From a virus: a stretch of DNA of 64,000 nt. The notes under the pieces are model-generated. The model saw only the letters and a list, made by a program, of their open reading frames with translations, had not been told where the DNA came from and made no database searches. Below are positions 36,109 to 47,000 of this stretch, piece after piece; within the stretch, counting starts at the first letter, position 1, and the number at the start of each line of letters is the position of its first letter. The stretch spans positions 1 to 64,000 of the IMG/VR virus record IMGVR_UViG_3300022752_000036, one strand, 5' to 3'. The position numbers and the translations under genes are program-made.

Positions 36109-39033
36109 TTATGACTCCAGGGCGTCAAGCCTATTTAATATTCTAGCAACTACTTGTGCTAGAACTACTGAGAGTCCTGCATAGTTTACTGAGTCTGGTC
36201 TGCCCTCTTCGTCATACTGTACTAACAGTTCTAGGCCCGCTATTTCTGCAACTTCTTCTGCAATTAATCCAGTGTACCAAGTATTGTCCCCACGTTCCAT
36301 ATCTTTTATTCCATGGTATTTAACTGGTCTCAAAAGTTTTATAGATTCGTCTGGATAAAAAACAGATTCTATATCAGTCTTATATCTTCTAGAAGATGTA
36401 GATCTTGCTATTAAACCTGAAGTAGAGTTGATAAATGTATTAGCGGTAGATGCTGTAGTATCACCAGACCTCATGTAAAAGCTTCCTACGGTATCTGTAT
36501 AAATACCACCGCTACCAAATATTCTTGTTGTGTTGTCAATTCCATTAAACAACATAGAAGTCGAAGCACCGCCCGCTATAGAAGCTACGCTTGCTGCAAC
36601 ATAAACTCTTCCATAAACCGCTCCCGTAGAGCTTGGAGCACTTGAGCCACCCTGTAAAATCATAGCCCCACCGCTTAAGTTTACTCCGTAAAGGTGGCCT
36701 ACTGTAGTACCACTTAATGTAACTTGTAAACTATCTATACCTGAATTTTGTAATTTAACATTTGTACTACTGGTACTTGTTTGAACTATTGCGCCAGTAA
36801 TGGTTCCACCAGTAATTGTGTTTGCTTCAAATTTTGAGGCAGTAATTCTTCCACCTTGTATAGTTCCATTCCAGCCGTCTAAAACTAACTTACTATATCC
36901 TGATGTGTAAAAACTTCGTGATGTTATATACTGACTATCTACTGTCCATCCAAAAGTAGGATCTCCTAAAGAAATAGTTCCTGATGAAGAAATATTTAAT
37001 GTTTGGGATCCTCCGCTTGTTGCACGAATTCCATTTGCGTCTATAACAAATCCATTATAGCCTGGAGTTCCACCAGCAATATTTAATCTTGCAACATCAA
37101 TTGTTCCAGTGGTTATTCTGCTTCCGTTAATTACTGTTGTATTAAGATCTAATACTGTATTGATATCAGATGCCGCCATTTTTAATGCTGCTGCGTCTGA
37201 TGCGGCTTGTGCGGCATTTGCTGCTGCTTGAGCGCTATTTCCTGCAGCTATTGCCTGATTGTATGCCTCATCTCCCCTAGCTTTTGCAATTGCTGCTTGG
37301 CTTGCTGCTGCGCCAGCATCAGTTATACCTTGTAAAGCATTTGCCTTAACTGTATCAATTGTAGTTCCGTCTGAAAGTTGTGTTCCTACTGTTAATGTTC
37401 CATAAAATGTAGAGTTTCCATTAATTGTTGCTCCAGATGCTATGAGAGCTCCCTCTTTTGTAACTCTAAATGGAGCTGTAGATGAAGAATTTCTTCCAAT
37501 CCAAAGCCTGTAGGTTGCATCATTTGCATCAAGTCTAATTATATTATCTGTGTTTGAAACGCCAAGCTCAATTACTCCAGTGCTATCTAACCTGGCATTA
37601 TTTTTAGTAAGCTTGGTTCCATCTAATGTCCAGCCTGCAATTTGTCCCTTGGTTGCAGTCATTAAGCCATCCGAAGATTGTAGCTTAAATGTTTCACCGC
37701 TTGCATCGTATCCAAAAATACCTTCGCTATTAAATCTTACTCTTGTACCGCTTGTAGGAGAAGCCCCTGCATAAAGAACTCCGCTTGTTGTTGCCCCTGC
37801 TGGTATAGCCAACTGAATGTTGCCTGTAAACTTTCCGCCAGTGGCATTTATATTTCCAGTTAGGTATAGGTTGGTTCCATTCCAATACATGAACTCTGTT
37901 GGGTTTCCAACTCTAAATTGTCCTGTTGTTAGCCAAAAATTGTTTCCAACATTTGTGGTAGATTTATTTAAAATAATTCCGTGATAGGTTCCATTTGTTA
38001 ATGATGGAGTTGTTAATGGTTCTGTATTTAAATTAATTCCTTGAGAAATTCCTGTTCCAATTTTAAATAGATCTTGGGATGCTCCACCTATTGCAATATA
38101 TGATTTAAGTCTTGCCAAGGCTCCAGCTGCCGTTCCATCTGCATCTGAAGCTATAAATGTTCCCGAAGCGGCTCCAGTCCAGTTTACCACGTCGTAAGGA
38201 GTAGTCGAAGCAACCTGATAGTAATATGTTGTGTTTGGAATTAAACCTGTAGCCGTAAAAGAAGTTGTTGATCTTCCAGAAACTGATGCATACTCCCATA
38301 AAGGGGTTTGTACTGTAGATGGATCATTAGTAGACCACCGTATAGCATAACCAGCAGTTTTTGTATCCGTGGACTGTGCCCACGATATTGTTGAAACTAA
38401 ACTAAATCCGCTTAGGTCAGAAGGATCTATAGATGCAGAAGCGCTAGTGCTTCCTGGGTTTGCTACGGTAAATGTTGTGTCTGGGTCAGCAGTTTTTATT
38501 GTTATTGGTCCTGCAACCGTACCCTTTTTATGTGCTTCTCTAAATATATCTCTATGAACAACATATACCCACTTGTTATTGTAATCAGAAGTAATAACAC
38601 TGCATTGAGTATCTGTGCCTACAAAAACTACCTTAGAAGAAGAGTTGAAAGAGTTTGTGTTGCTTTCATATACTATAGTGTCGCCATATGTTTTAAATGT
38701 TGGCTTGTCCCATGAAACTGTGTATGAAGAAACTCCACCGACTGCTACAACATTTGTTGGAGCTTCTGATAAATCTGGTATTGTCAGCTCAATTGAATAT
38801 GTTGCTGAAGGTGGCCCAAGCACTGGGGTTGTTTGAGTATCGTCTGGATTTTTATAATAGTAGTTAAATACAAAATTATATTTTCCTACAAGCTTTACTG
38901 GCAAGTTTTCAATTGTGACAGAATAAGAGTCTTTAGACAAAACACTATTTGACGTATCTACGCCTTGTGCATTTTTTTGTAAGTCTGCTGTACCTACTAC
39001 TTTATCGTCTAAACCATCGTAATCTGGTCTCAT
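36109..39033 (-). CDS. tail fibre/spike with FN3 domains and C-terminal S74 intramolecular chaperone
   Basis: TGLIPNTTYYYQV FN3 motif; SSRRYKTDI...LRPVKY...GLIAEEV...VNY. Confidence 0.85.
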   Translation of the reverse strand: MRPDYDGLDDKVVGTADLQKNAQGVDTSNSVLSKDSYSVTIENLPVKLVGKYNFVFNYYYKNPDDTQTTPVLGPPSATYSIELTIPDLSEAPTNVVAVGGVSSYTVSWDKPTFKTYGDTIVYESNTNSFNSSSKVVFVGTDTQCSVITSDYNNKWVYVVHRDIFREAHKKGTVAGPITIKTADPDTTFTVANPGSTSASASIDPSDLSGFSLVSTISWAQSTDTKTAGYAIRWSTNDPSTVQTPLWEYASVSGRSTTSFTATGLIPNTTYYYQVASTTPYDVVNWTGAASGTFIASDADGTAAGALARLKSYIAIGGASQDLFKIGTGISQGINLNTEPLTTPSLTNGTYHGIILNKSTTNVGNNFWLTTGQFRVGNPTEFMYWNGTNLYLTGNINATGGKFTGNIQLAIPAGATTSGVLYAGASPTSGTRVRFNSEGIFGYDASGETFKLQSSDGLMTATKGQIAGWTLDGTKLTKNNARLDSTGVIELGVSNTDNIIRLDANDATYRLWIGRNSSSTAPFRVTKEGALIASGATINGNSTFYGTLTVGTQLSDGTTIDTVKANALQGITDAGAAASQAAIAKARGDEAYNQAIAAGNSAQAAANAAQAASDAAALKMAASDINTVLDLNTTVINGSRITTGTIDVARLNIAGGTPGYNGFVIDANGIRATSGGSQTLNISSSGTISLGDPTFGWTVDSQYITSRSFYTSGYSKLVLDGWNGTIQGGRITASKFEANTITGGTITGAIVQTSTSSTNVKLQNSGIDSLQVTLSGTTVGHLYGVNLSGGAMILQGGSSAPSSTGAVYGRVYVAASVASIAGGASTSMLFNGIDNTTRIFGSGGIYTDTVGSFYMRSGDTTASTANTFINSTSGLIARSTSSRRYKTDIESVFYPDESIKLLRPVKYHGIKDMERGDNTWYTGLIAEEVAEIAGLELLVQYDEEGRPDSVNYAGLSVVLAQVVARILNRLDALES

Positions 39034-40004
39034 TAGAATGTCAATCCTATTCTATACTCAACATCCATTTCTCTGCCGTAAGATTTAGATATTGCATTTG
39101 TTAAAACAGATCTACTAATAATAGAAGCAGAAGAATTAAATGAATCTTCATCATTAATTCTAAGGCCATCAAGAAGAACGGTAGTGCTTCCTGAGCTTTT
39201 AGCCTGAGCTCCTACAGATACTTGTATGATAGATTCTGCATCTGGAGTTCCTGCTCCATATCCTGATGCATATAAATTATCTAATGTTTTTGCAACAATC
39301 TTGTTATTTGTAGACGAATCTCCTGGATATCTTATTTCAAAATAACTGTTTGTTGTACTATAAAATCTAACAAACACATAATCAAGATTTGTGTCTTGTT
39401 GTTTAAAAGCTAAAGTTAAACTGTCATTCTGACTGTAACCAGAGAGATCGAAGTTTGTCAATAAATTATATTTTGTAGACTGGTTTGCAGGAGATGTTAA
39501 ACTAAACCAGGTATTTCCTATTCTTGGAGTTGGAGAATACGTTGTTACTGCTGGAGAACCTGCGTCATTTAACCAGCTAAGATTGTTTTCAAATGTAGAA
39601 ATAAATCTACTTGAATAGTCTGTATTACCTTCTGTTGCACTTGCAAATAAACCAACTTCTTTTATTGTTCCAACAATATCTGTTGGCAATGTTGTTTTAT
39701 ATACTACTGCATATGTGGATGCCTGTGTGCTTGGATTTGTTTGAATATCTATGCTTCCCAAACTAACTGCTGATCGATAAAATTCAAAATCAAGTTGAGT
39801 ATTATTTACAGATGGAGTACTGTTACCTATTCCAACTGCTATGCTTTTATTATCAAAAGTAACTGCTCCAGCAAGATAAGAAGTTAAAAATCTTTTGCCA
39901 AATCTTGTTAGGATGTTTGAATGCCTGGCTATTTCCTTGCCATTTTCATAAAAGACATATTCTCCTACGAGATTCATTTTAGCCTCCCTTTCCATATACA
40001 CCAA
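39033..40004 (-). CDS. tail/baseplate protein
   Basis: Position in tail operon; IAVGIG...EVGLF pattern. Confidence 0.65.
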   Translation of the reverse strand: MVYMEREAKMNLVGEYVFYENGKEIARHSNILTRFGKRFLTSYLAGAVTFDNKSIAVGIGNSTPSVNNTQLDFEFYRSAVSLGSIDIQTNPSTQASTYAVVYKTTLPTDIVGTIKEVGLFASATEGNTDYSSRFISTFENNLSWLNDAGSPAVTTYSPTPRIGNTWFSLTSPANQSTKYNLLTNFDLSGYSQNDSLTLAFKQQDTNLDYVFVRFYSTTNSYFEIRYPGDSSTNNKIVAKTLDNLYASGYGAGTPDAESIIQVSVGAQAKSSGSTTVLLDGLRINDEDSFNSSASIISRSVLTNAISKSYGREMDVEYRIGLTF

Positions 40005-40332
40005 TTACGTCTTCTCCAGCACTATTTTTAACATTAAAAATAAATCTTGCTTTTGGTATATTTTTTTGATCAAAATATATTTCAGATTTTACAACTGTAA
40101 TATCTTCAAGATTGGGAGCTTTTAGTTTATCCTTATTTGGATCCTCGTCTGGCTCGTCATCATTCTCTCCAACATTTACTTCAAATTTAAACTTATTGTT
40201 TGGAAGGCTGCCTGCAGGATCTTCGTTTATTTGAAAAGAAAATGGGTCTAGTTCGTCCCAATGTTCTTTTTTAATAACCTTGGTTAATGGATCGTCTGCA
40301 AAAAGCTTTAGCTTTGGATTATTAGTTGCCAT
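39979..40332 (-). CDS. hypothetical tail-associated protein
   Basis: ORF track; leaderless promoter TGgTAGAAT at 40339-40347. Confidence 0.55.
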   Translation of the reverse strand: MATNNPKLKLFADDPLTKVIKKEHWDELDPFSFQINEDPAGSLPNNKFKFEVNVGENDDEPDEDPNKDKLKAPNLEDITVVKSEIYFDQKNIPKARFIFNVKNSAGEDVIGVYGKGG

Positions 40333-40349
40333 ATTAACATTCTACCATT

Positions 40350-43300
40350 TCAATTAACATAAATCGACCTACACAGAATCTTGGTTGATGGTCCATCTAC
40401 CCAATCATGATTTAAATCTAGCACTATATATTTACCTATAGCAGATCCTGACGGGATAGAAGAATCTTCGCTAGAATAAAGTCCAGCCTTTGGGTATGAT
40501 ACTTCTACTATATCCCCTATCTGTAAAAGTGGATTAAAGAAAATGGACATTTCAATAATGGTTTGTTGTTTTGACCATTGTGTTTTCATCCAGTCCGCTA
40601 GTGCTTTTGCTTCTGACTCTTTTTGAATCCAGTTTGAATCGAAGGCAAACTGTTCTTGTTTTTCTTCTTTTGTTAAATTTGGATCCATATATTCAAATGA
40701 GTCTGATTTTACTATACTGTCTCCAATTACCTTAAAGAATTTTGTTTCTCCATCACTTAACATTGTATATGTTCCTGAATTATTTATAATGTAGGCTTCC
40801 ATTGTAAAGGCATCAATATTAGATCCCACAATGGTTGCAAAAGGATTCATTGTAATTACAGGATATCTTGGAATTGCTGGTATATTATCGCCAGAAGTTA
40901 TTCTAGAAGAAATCTTTAATATTTCTCTGGCGACTGGGCCAAACTCTTCCATATACCCTATCTCTTCTGGCATCGAACTTTTAGACAAAATAAAATTTGA
41001 AAATTGTTTTACTAAAAATGAATTCTGTCCTAGGTACCCTTTATATGGATTGTATACTTCTTTAGTATTAAATTCTGCATCTGTAATAGGTGAAGTATAC
41101 ATGTAATCATATCTTACTGTTCCGATTCCAGCTACAAGTCCAGCAATTTCTGTTGTAGGTATAGGGCTTTTATCAATAGCTAATATTTCTGTATTATCAA
41201 TCATAAGCTTAAATGTTTTAAATGTTTCTGTATTATTTGTAGTAGTGTTAACCTTTAATTGAATATTATACATCTTACCGCCTTGAATACTTTGAAATTG
41301 ATTTTGATCAGTCTGACTATCGGTAAGAGTTGTTGCTACTCCATTTACAACCTTAATTATTTTTACACATCGCTCTTTTAGATCTCTAGCAACTGCACTT
41401 TGTACTGGTTCTACATGCACAATATATCCCGTTGTGTGAGCAGCATTAAGACATACCGCAATTCCTCCTACACAAATTTGATTTCCGCTAGCTGTGCCAT
41501 CTGAGTTTTTAGCAATTGGAAAATACATACTAGTGCTTACTACAAAATTATTATATCCAGATTTTATAGTTTTTGCAGTTGTGCTGCTAATAGTATATTT
41601 AGTTGGGGAAGTGGCAGTAGGTGTAGCAGTAATTAAAGAGTTTACTGTGAGCATAGATCTTGGAGTTTTTAAGCTACTTGAGTCTGTTGATTCTAAAGTC
41701 ATTAAATTATTATTTAATGTTGTTGTTTTTGCATCTTTATCATAAACATATGTTGACCATCTTGATTTAATTGCTACAAGATTAACCTCATGTCTTGCTG
41801 GAGCAGGCAATAATCCAAAAGCATTACGTTCTTTAATTCTAAATTCCCCAGTAGGCTTAAAAGTTCCTGGCTGAGCAAGACCTTGATATTTAGCAATATC
41901 TATATCTGATGTTATCCATTGCTCTGCAGTTGTGCTTTGACCTAAAACTTGATATATATATCTAATTGCATCAAACTCTATAATCTCTTTATTAATTAAT
42001 AAGAAACCAGCTTTTTGATAAAATACATGATCTACTGCTGATTCATATACAGAAACAGGCTCAGTAAATATTGATCCTCCCGCTCCTGTAGATGCCTCTA
42101 GGGTTTTAGTTAAAGCTGCGGCACCTAGCTTAATGATTCCAGATTCGTAGACTGGATCTGCTGAGTATGTATACTGAGAAGTTAATTGTGGAGTATATCT
42201 AACCTTAACTGCTTTTGCAGAAGGAACAACTGTCTTTTTTAGATCTATAATATTTGGTAAATTTTCTCCATTTGTTCCCTTTGCATCATATCTAAATTTA
42301 AATACAGAATCTTTATTTTGAAATAAATATTCTCTTGTATAAAACTGTAGAACATCATATTCATCAAATACAGCAATCATTTGAGTATCATTACACAAAT
42401 CTTGAATATGCTCCCATACTGTTCTTGTGCTGTCTGTATAATAAAACATTGGTGTAACCGTAGAAGAATCAGTTGATGTTGTATTAAAATTATAATTAGT
42501 AAATCCTACGCTATCAAGCAATCTTCTTATAATTGCTTGTGAGGAGTAATCTCTCATTAAGATATCTGGAGCCATTATTTTTTGTAAGTATCCTGCTCCA
42601 TCTAATGCTGATATATTTATATCTCCATATTCGCTTAAGCTAAATTCTTCTGTTGAATAAAAAACTCCATAAGGGATCTTATCAGAATTTTCAATTGTAA
42701 TAAAAGGCTCAATGACAATATTTTTGTATAAATTAATTTTATTCTTATCAAATGGAAATGTCTTATCATATATAAATCCTGTTCCATCATAACAATTTAA
42801 ATCTAAAGACAATGAGTTTGCTGTAACCATTCCAACTGGAGTTATACCATCAGATGAATTTGAAGACTGTTTTCTAACATCAAAAGTAACCAGTCTGTCT
42901 GTAACATCTTTTATACACTTTGCTGCTATTTCAATTATGCCTATGTACTCGTTTGCAACACTTACTGCTGTAACCTCTAATTTTATTTCAGATATTCCTA
43001 CTGGCTGTGATGGAGTAGAAAATTTAGTTGTAGTCCATGCTGTACCATTATAATATAAATCTACAACTCCATTATTTGGAACAACAGCATTAGTTGAAAT
43101 TGTAGACTCTACCCCACTTAAATTTTTTATCTTAACTGTCCATGCTGTTGGCTTTGAATGTGAAGTTTCAAATTTAATTGTTATCTTGTTTGCTGCTGCT
43201 GTTTTAGCAGCTGGGTAGGTTACGGTTAGCAAACATCCAGAAAGGGATGTGACTATTGCTCTCTTGCTTACCCAATACTTGTACTCTGTTTTTTCTCCTG

Positions 43301-43610
43301 GGTAATAAAGTCTGTATGTTTGATTTGTTGAGGTAGAGTAAATTGTAGGATACTGATTTACGCTATTATTTAAAATTAAATATTTAATACCTGCGGTCTT
43401 TGGTCTTCTTGGATCAATAATAGACTTTACTGGAAACAACTTTTTAAATGGCAGTGTGTCTCCTGAAGAAGATGTGACATCTGTTGATGCGGTTACATTA
43501 ACTCCATCAATTAATTCATTCATATTATACTCTAGCCAGCAGCCTGGAACAGAGGTATATGAAGTTGATTTATTTATAGCATTAAGTGCATTAGTATATC
43601 CAGATAGCAT
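40350..43610 (-). CDS. large minor tail (hub/Tal-like) protein
   Basis: Follows Dit-like gene; C-terminal NPLLQIGDIV motif; likely start MLSGY at 43610. Confidence 0.7.
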   Translation of the reverse strand: MLSGYTNALNAINKSTSYTSVPGCWLEYNMNELIDGVNVTASTDVTSSSGDTLPFKKLFPVKSIIDPRRPKTAGIKYLILNNSVNQYPTIYSTSTNQTYRLYYPGEKTEYKYWVSKRAIVTSLSGCLLTVTYPAAKTAAANKITIKFETSHSKPTAWTVKIKNLSGVESTISTNAVVPNNGVVDLYYNGTAWTTTKFSTPSQPVGISEIKLEVTAVSVANEYIGIIEIAAKCIKDVTDRLVTFDVRKQSSNSSDGITPVGMVTANSLSLDLNCYDGTGFIYDKTFPFDKNKINLYKNIVIEPFITIENSDKIPYGVFYSTEEFSLSEYGDINISALDGAGYLQKIMAPDILMRDYSSQAIIRRLLDSVGFTNYNFNTTSTDSSTVTPMFYYTDSTRTVWEHIQDLCNDTQMIAVFDEYDVLQFYTREYLFQNKDSVFKFRYDAKGTNGENLPNIIDLKKTVVPSAKAVKVRYTPQLTSQYTYSADPVYESGIIKLGAAALTKTLEASTGAGGSIFTEPVSVYESAVDHVFYQKAGFLLINKEIIEFDAIRYIYQVLGQSTTAEQWITSDIDIAKYQGLAQPGTFKPTGEFRIKERNAFGLLPAPARHEVNLVAIKSRWSTYVYDKDAKTTTLNNNLMTLESTDSSSLKTPRSMLTVNSLITATPTATSPTKYTISSTTAKTIKSGYNNFVVSTSMYFPIAKNSDGTASGNQICVGGIAVCLNAAHTTGYIVHVEPVQSAVARDLKERCVKIIKVVNGVATTLTDSQTDQNQFQSIQGGKMYNIQLKVNTTTNNTETFKTFKLMIDNTEILAIDKSPIPTTEIAGLVAGIGTVRYDYMYTSPITDAEFNTKEVYNPYKGYLGQNSFLVKQFSNFILSKSSMPEEIGYMEEFGPVAREILKISSRITSGDNIPAIPRYPVITMNPFATIVGSNIDAFTMEAYIINNSGTYTMLSDGETKFFKVIGDSIVKSDSFEYMDPNLTKEEKQEQFAFDSNWIQKESEAKALADWMKTQWSKQQTIIEMSIFFNPLLQIGDIVEVSYPKAGLYSSEDSSIPSGSAIGKYIVLDLNHDWVDGPSTKILCRSIYVN

Positions 43611-44068
43611 TATACTTCTTCCAGACCTATGCTGACGTCCCAAAATTCTTGAGCAGCATCTGATGATTTAGACTTAACATTTCTTTTAACAAGCGTATGA
43701 CTACACTCAGAAAATATAACATTAATAACTTCATCTCTTGCAGTAACTGCATTATAAGAAATTTTTAGTTTAAAAGAACCTTTCCCTTTATTATGATAAA
43801 AAGTTTTTAAATCAATTGCTCCATATCCGCCATCTATTGTCATAGAGCTATATGAAGGAAGCATTCTCCAGTTAGTAGAAATTACTTTTTTATCTGCAGT
43901 AAATAATTTACGCATTGTTCCATTTGCCATTCTTTGCTGTTTTTCAATTCTGTTATTTCCTAGACTTACTGGCTCTCTATTATGCTCAGTTAATTTAGCC
44001 CATACTGGATTGTCATCAGTTGATGTATCTATATATAAAACAGAACCTACGGGTAATGTTATTGCCAT
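43610..44068 (-). CDS. distal tail protein (putative)
   Basis: Directly downstream of tape measure; RMANGTMR motif. Confidence 0.6.
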   Translation of the reverse strand: MAITLPVGSVLYIDTSTDDNPVWAKLTEHNREPVSLGNNRIEKQQRMANGTMRKLFTADKKVISTNWRMLPSYSSMTIDGGYGAIDLKTFYHNKGKGSFKLKISYNAVTARDEVINVIFSECSHTLVKRNVKSKSSDAAQEFWDVSIGLEEV

Positions 44069-47000
44069 TATGACCTCCTTGGACCCATTTCTGAAATAGA
44101 TCTTCTATTTCCTTTTTCTAAAACCTCTATGGTTGCTGTTGTTACTTTTCTTACTAAGGCATCCATATTTTCTCCTTCAGCCTGCATAATTGTTTGATTT
44201 AAAACAATTGGTTGCTGAGGTGCAGATTGAGAAGCTAAGTTTGCAAAATTCTTTTGTCCAGTTTGTACATTGTATGTTGGTGTGGCATATGGCATATTAT
44301 TAATATCTGGAATAACCATATTGCCAAACAACATTTCTGGTCCGTTATCTCCAACTATTGTAGGAATATTAGGATTAATATGTGTTAATCCTTTTCCAGC
44401 TTTAACTACAGAGAATCCAGCATATCCAGCTTCTCCTGTAACCCGCCATCTTTGTCCATTTTTATCTGTAAATGTAGAACCTACCCACGTTCCAGTTCTA
44501 TCCCCAGCTCCTCTAAATTGTTTTTTAGCTCCTGACTTTTCTAATTCTGATGCTGTTACATATGTTCCTCCAGCATACTGACCAGACTTCTTTGGGTCAT
44601 CAGAAAACTTAGCTGGAGTTGCTGGTGTAGGACCTGCTGAGGCTTTCATGTAATCGATATAATCTTTTCCGCCAATAATAAGCCTGTCTGCAGTTATTGA
44701 CTTAGATGCTAGATCTCCTGCTTGATCTGGCTTGCTAGAACCACCATTTGGCAAACCATACCATTGACCATTAGCACCCTTCTTTGGTCCCAAATTAACT
44801 CCTGCGGCCTCTGTAGGAGCAACTAATCCAGCAAGCAAATATTTTCCAGTTTCAGTTTTTCTAAAATCTGCTTCTGTCATTCCTGGATTCTCATCTAAAA
44901 ACTTTACAAGATTTAAATTGTATGCAGTTTGAGCAGCATTTAAGCTATCAATAGTTTTATTTAGTGCAGCTATCTTTTTATCAAGTGTTGCTAGGTTCTC
45001 TCCAGCTGCGGCTGCTGCATCTGCAAGCTTTTGATTTGCTTCATTAATCTTTTCAACTTCAGCAATAAGAGGCGCATTTGCTTTATCTCTTGCTGCTTCA
45101 ATTGCTCTTGTTTGTCCTAATGTTTGAAGATTTTGTACAGCGGATTCATATCTAAGCCTTGCCTGTGCTTCCTGTTGTGTATTGCCAGTAGATTGTGCAA
45201 ACTGCACTTCGAGTCTTGCTGACTCCATTTCACGATTAAGATCAGCATCTTCTTTTGCTGCATTAAGAGCCTTAATACGTGCATCAGCTAGTTTATTTGT
45301 AGCATCAATCTGTTTTTGAAGAGCTTTAATTCTATCTCTTGCAGATATTTGATCTTTAACACTTTGTCCTTTTGCTTGAGTTGCAAGTTTTTCTCTTTGA
45401 GCTTTTAGCTTTCCTAGCTGATCGTATTCATCAGCCAAAGCCCCGCCTACTTGCTTATTAGCATCAATAACCTTTTGCTGTATAATCATTCCCATGTTAT
45501 ACAGTGCTTGAGTTTGAGCAGCGTTAAGTTGAGAAAGATCTCCTTGTAGTCCCAAAGCTTGTAGTCTTAGCTTTTGCCATACGCTTACTACTGTATCTGA
45601 TGTATTGGCAAGCTCTTTAATTGCTGGGTTGGCTTTTGCCATTTCTTTAATAGTTGCAGCAGTTAATGTTGTTTGTTTATATTGACTTTGATTTAAATAA
45701 TCCATCATTTGAATTTCAGCTTGATACATGCTAATTTTTTCAGTTTTGCCAGTCTTATCTTTCTTTGCAGCCTCTTCACTCTTTTTAATAATTTCTTCAA
45801 TTCCAGCATCTACTGCCGTTAATGCAGTATTAAGTGCTGCAGCTTGTGATTGTGCATTGCCTAGCCTTGTAGCAGTATCAAATGATTTTAATGAACCTGC
45901 TGCTGCGCCCTTTGCATCTTGTATAGCGCTAAAATCTTTATTTCCTACAGTAGATATTGCTGCCATATCTGCATTTTTAGACAAAGCAAACATTGCATAA
46001 ATTTTCTTTGTAGCTTCATCAGCAGACATTCCTGCAGCAATAAATTGCTGTTTAAATCTAACTGCTAGATCTCCAAGTTCTGCTTTCTTCGTAGAATTAA
46101 TTAATTTAATCTGTTCATCAAATGCACCCTTAACTTCTTCTTTAAGTTTACGATACTCAGTGATAGTCATCTTAATAGGGATGCCTGCTTGTGTCATGCT
46201 TTCATACGAAAGCTTATTTGCCTCCATTAAGTCTTTCGATCTTTGAATACTATCTTTAATTTTTTGATTATAGTCTACAAATTTTATTCCTGCTTTTTGA
46301 GCTGCTTCTGCTGTAAGACCATATCCTAAAGCATTAAGTTTTTGTTGCTCTTGATACTTTTTAAATACAGTAAATCCTGCTGTTAATGCAGTAGTTATTC
46401 CAGTAATTGCTAGTCCGAGAGGGGTAGCGGAAGCAAGAACTCTTCCAAGAACTGGCCCTAACTTTGACATAACTGCACCAGCTTGAGATCCAGCTTTACC
46501 CATATTAATTAAATTAGCTGATGTCTGTGCTAATGGTTTTAATGTTGATGTTGCTCCTTGAGGAAGTTTACTTGTTAGACCTCTTGTCATTCCTCCCATT
46601 GCACCCATAGGAAGTAAGAATGGAAGTATGTTAGATACATTGCTTATTGCTGCTCCAGTTGTTCCACCGACCTTGTTTCCAAGCATGTTTCCAAGTAGCG
46701 GTATTCCCATTGCAGCTAGTAATCCTGCTACTAAGCCTCCGCCACGGTATCCTTTAACTGGACCGCCATTTTCATATCCCATAGGACCAGATGATCCTCC
46801 TATATAGCCTCCGCTAGCTTTTCTTGGAGCACCCATAAATTTTCTTGATGCTAACAGGTCTTCAAAAATACTCTTTCTAAATTTCTTTGTTCCACCTGTG
46901 ACATGAGAAGCTTTTTGTCCAGTAATTGGATCTGTTGTAATTACAGCAGATTTACCAACTTTGCCTGTAGGAGAATCTGGAAGTTGATAGTAATAAGGAT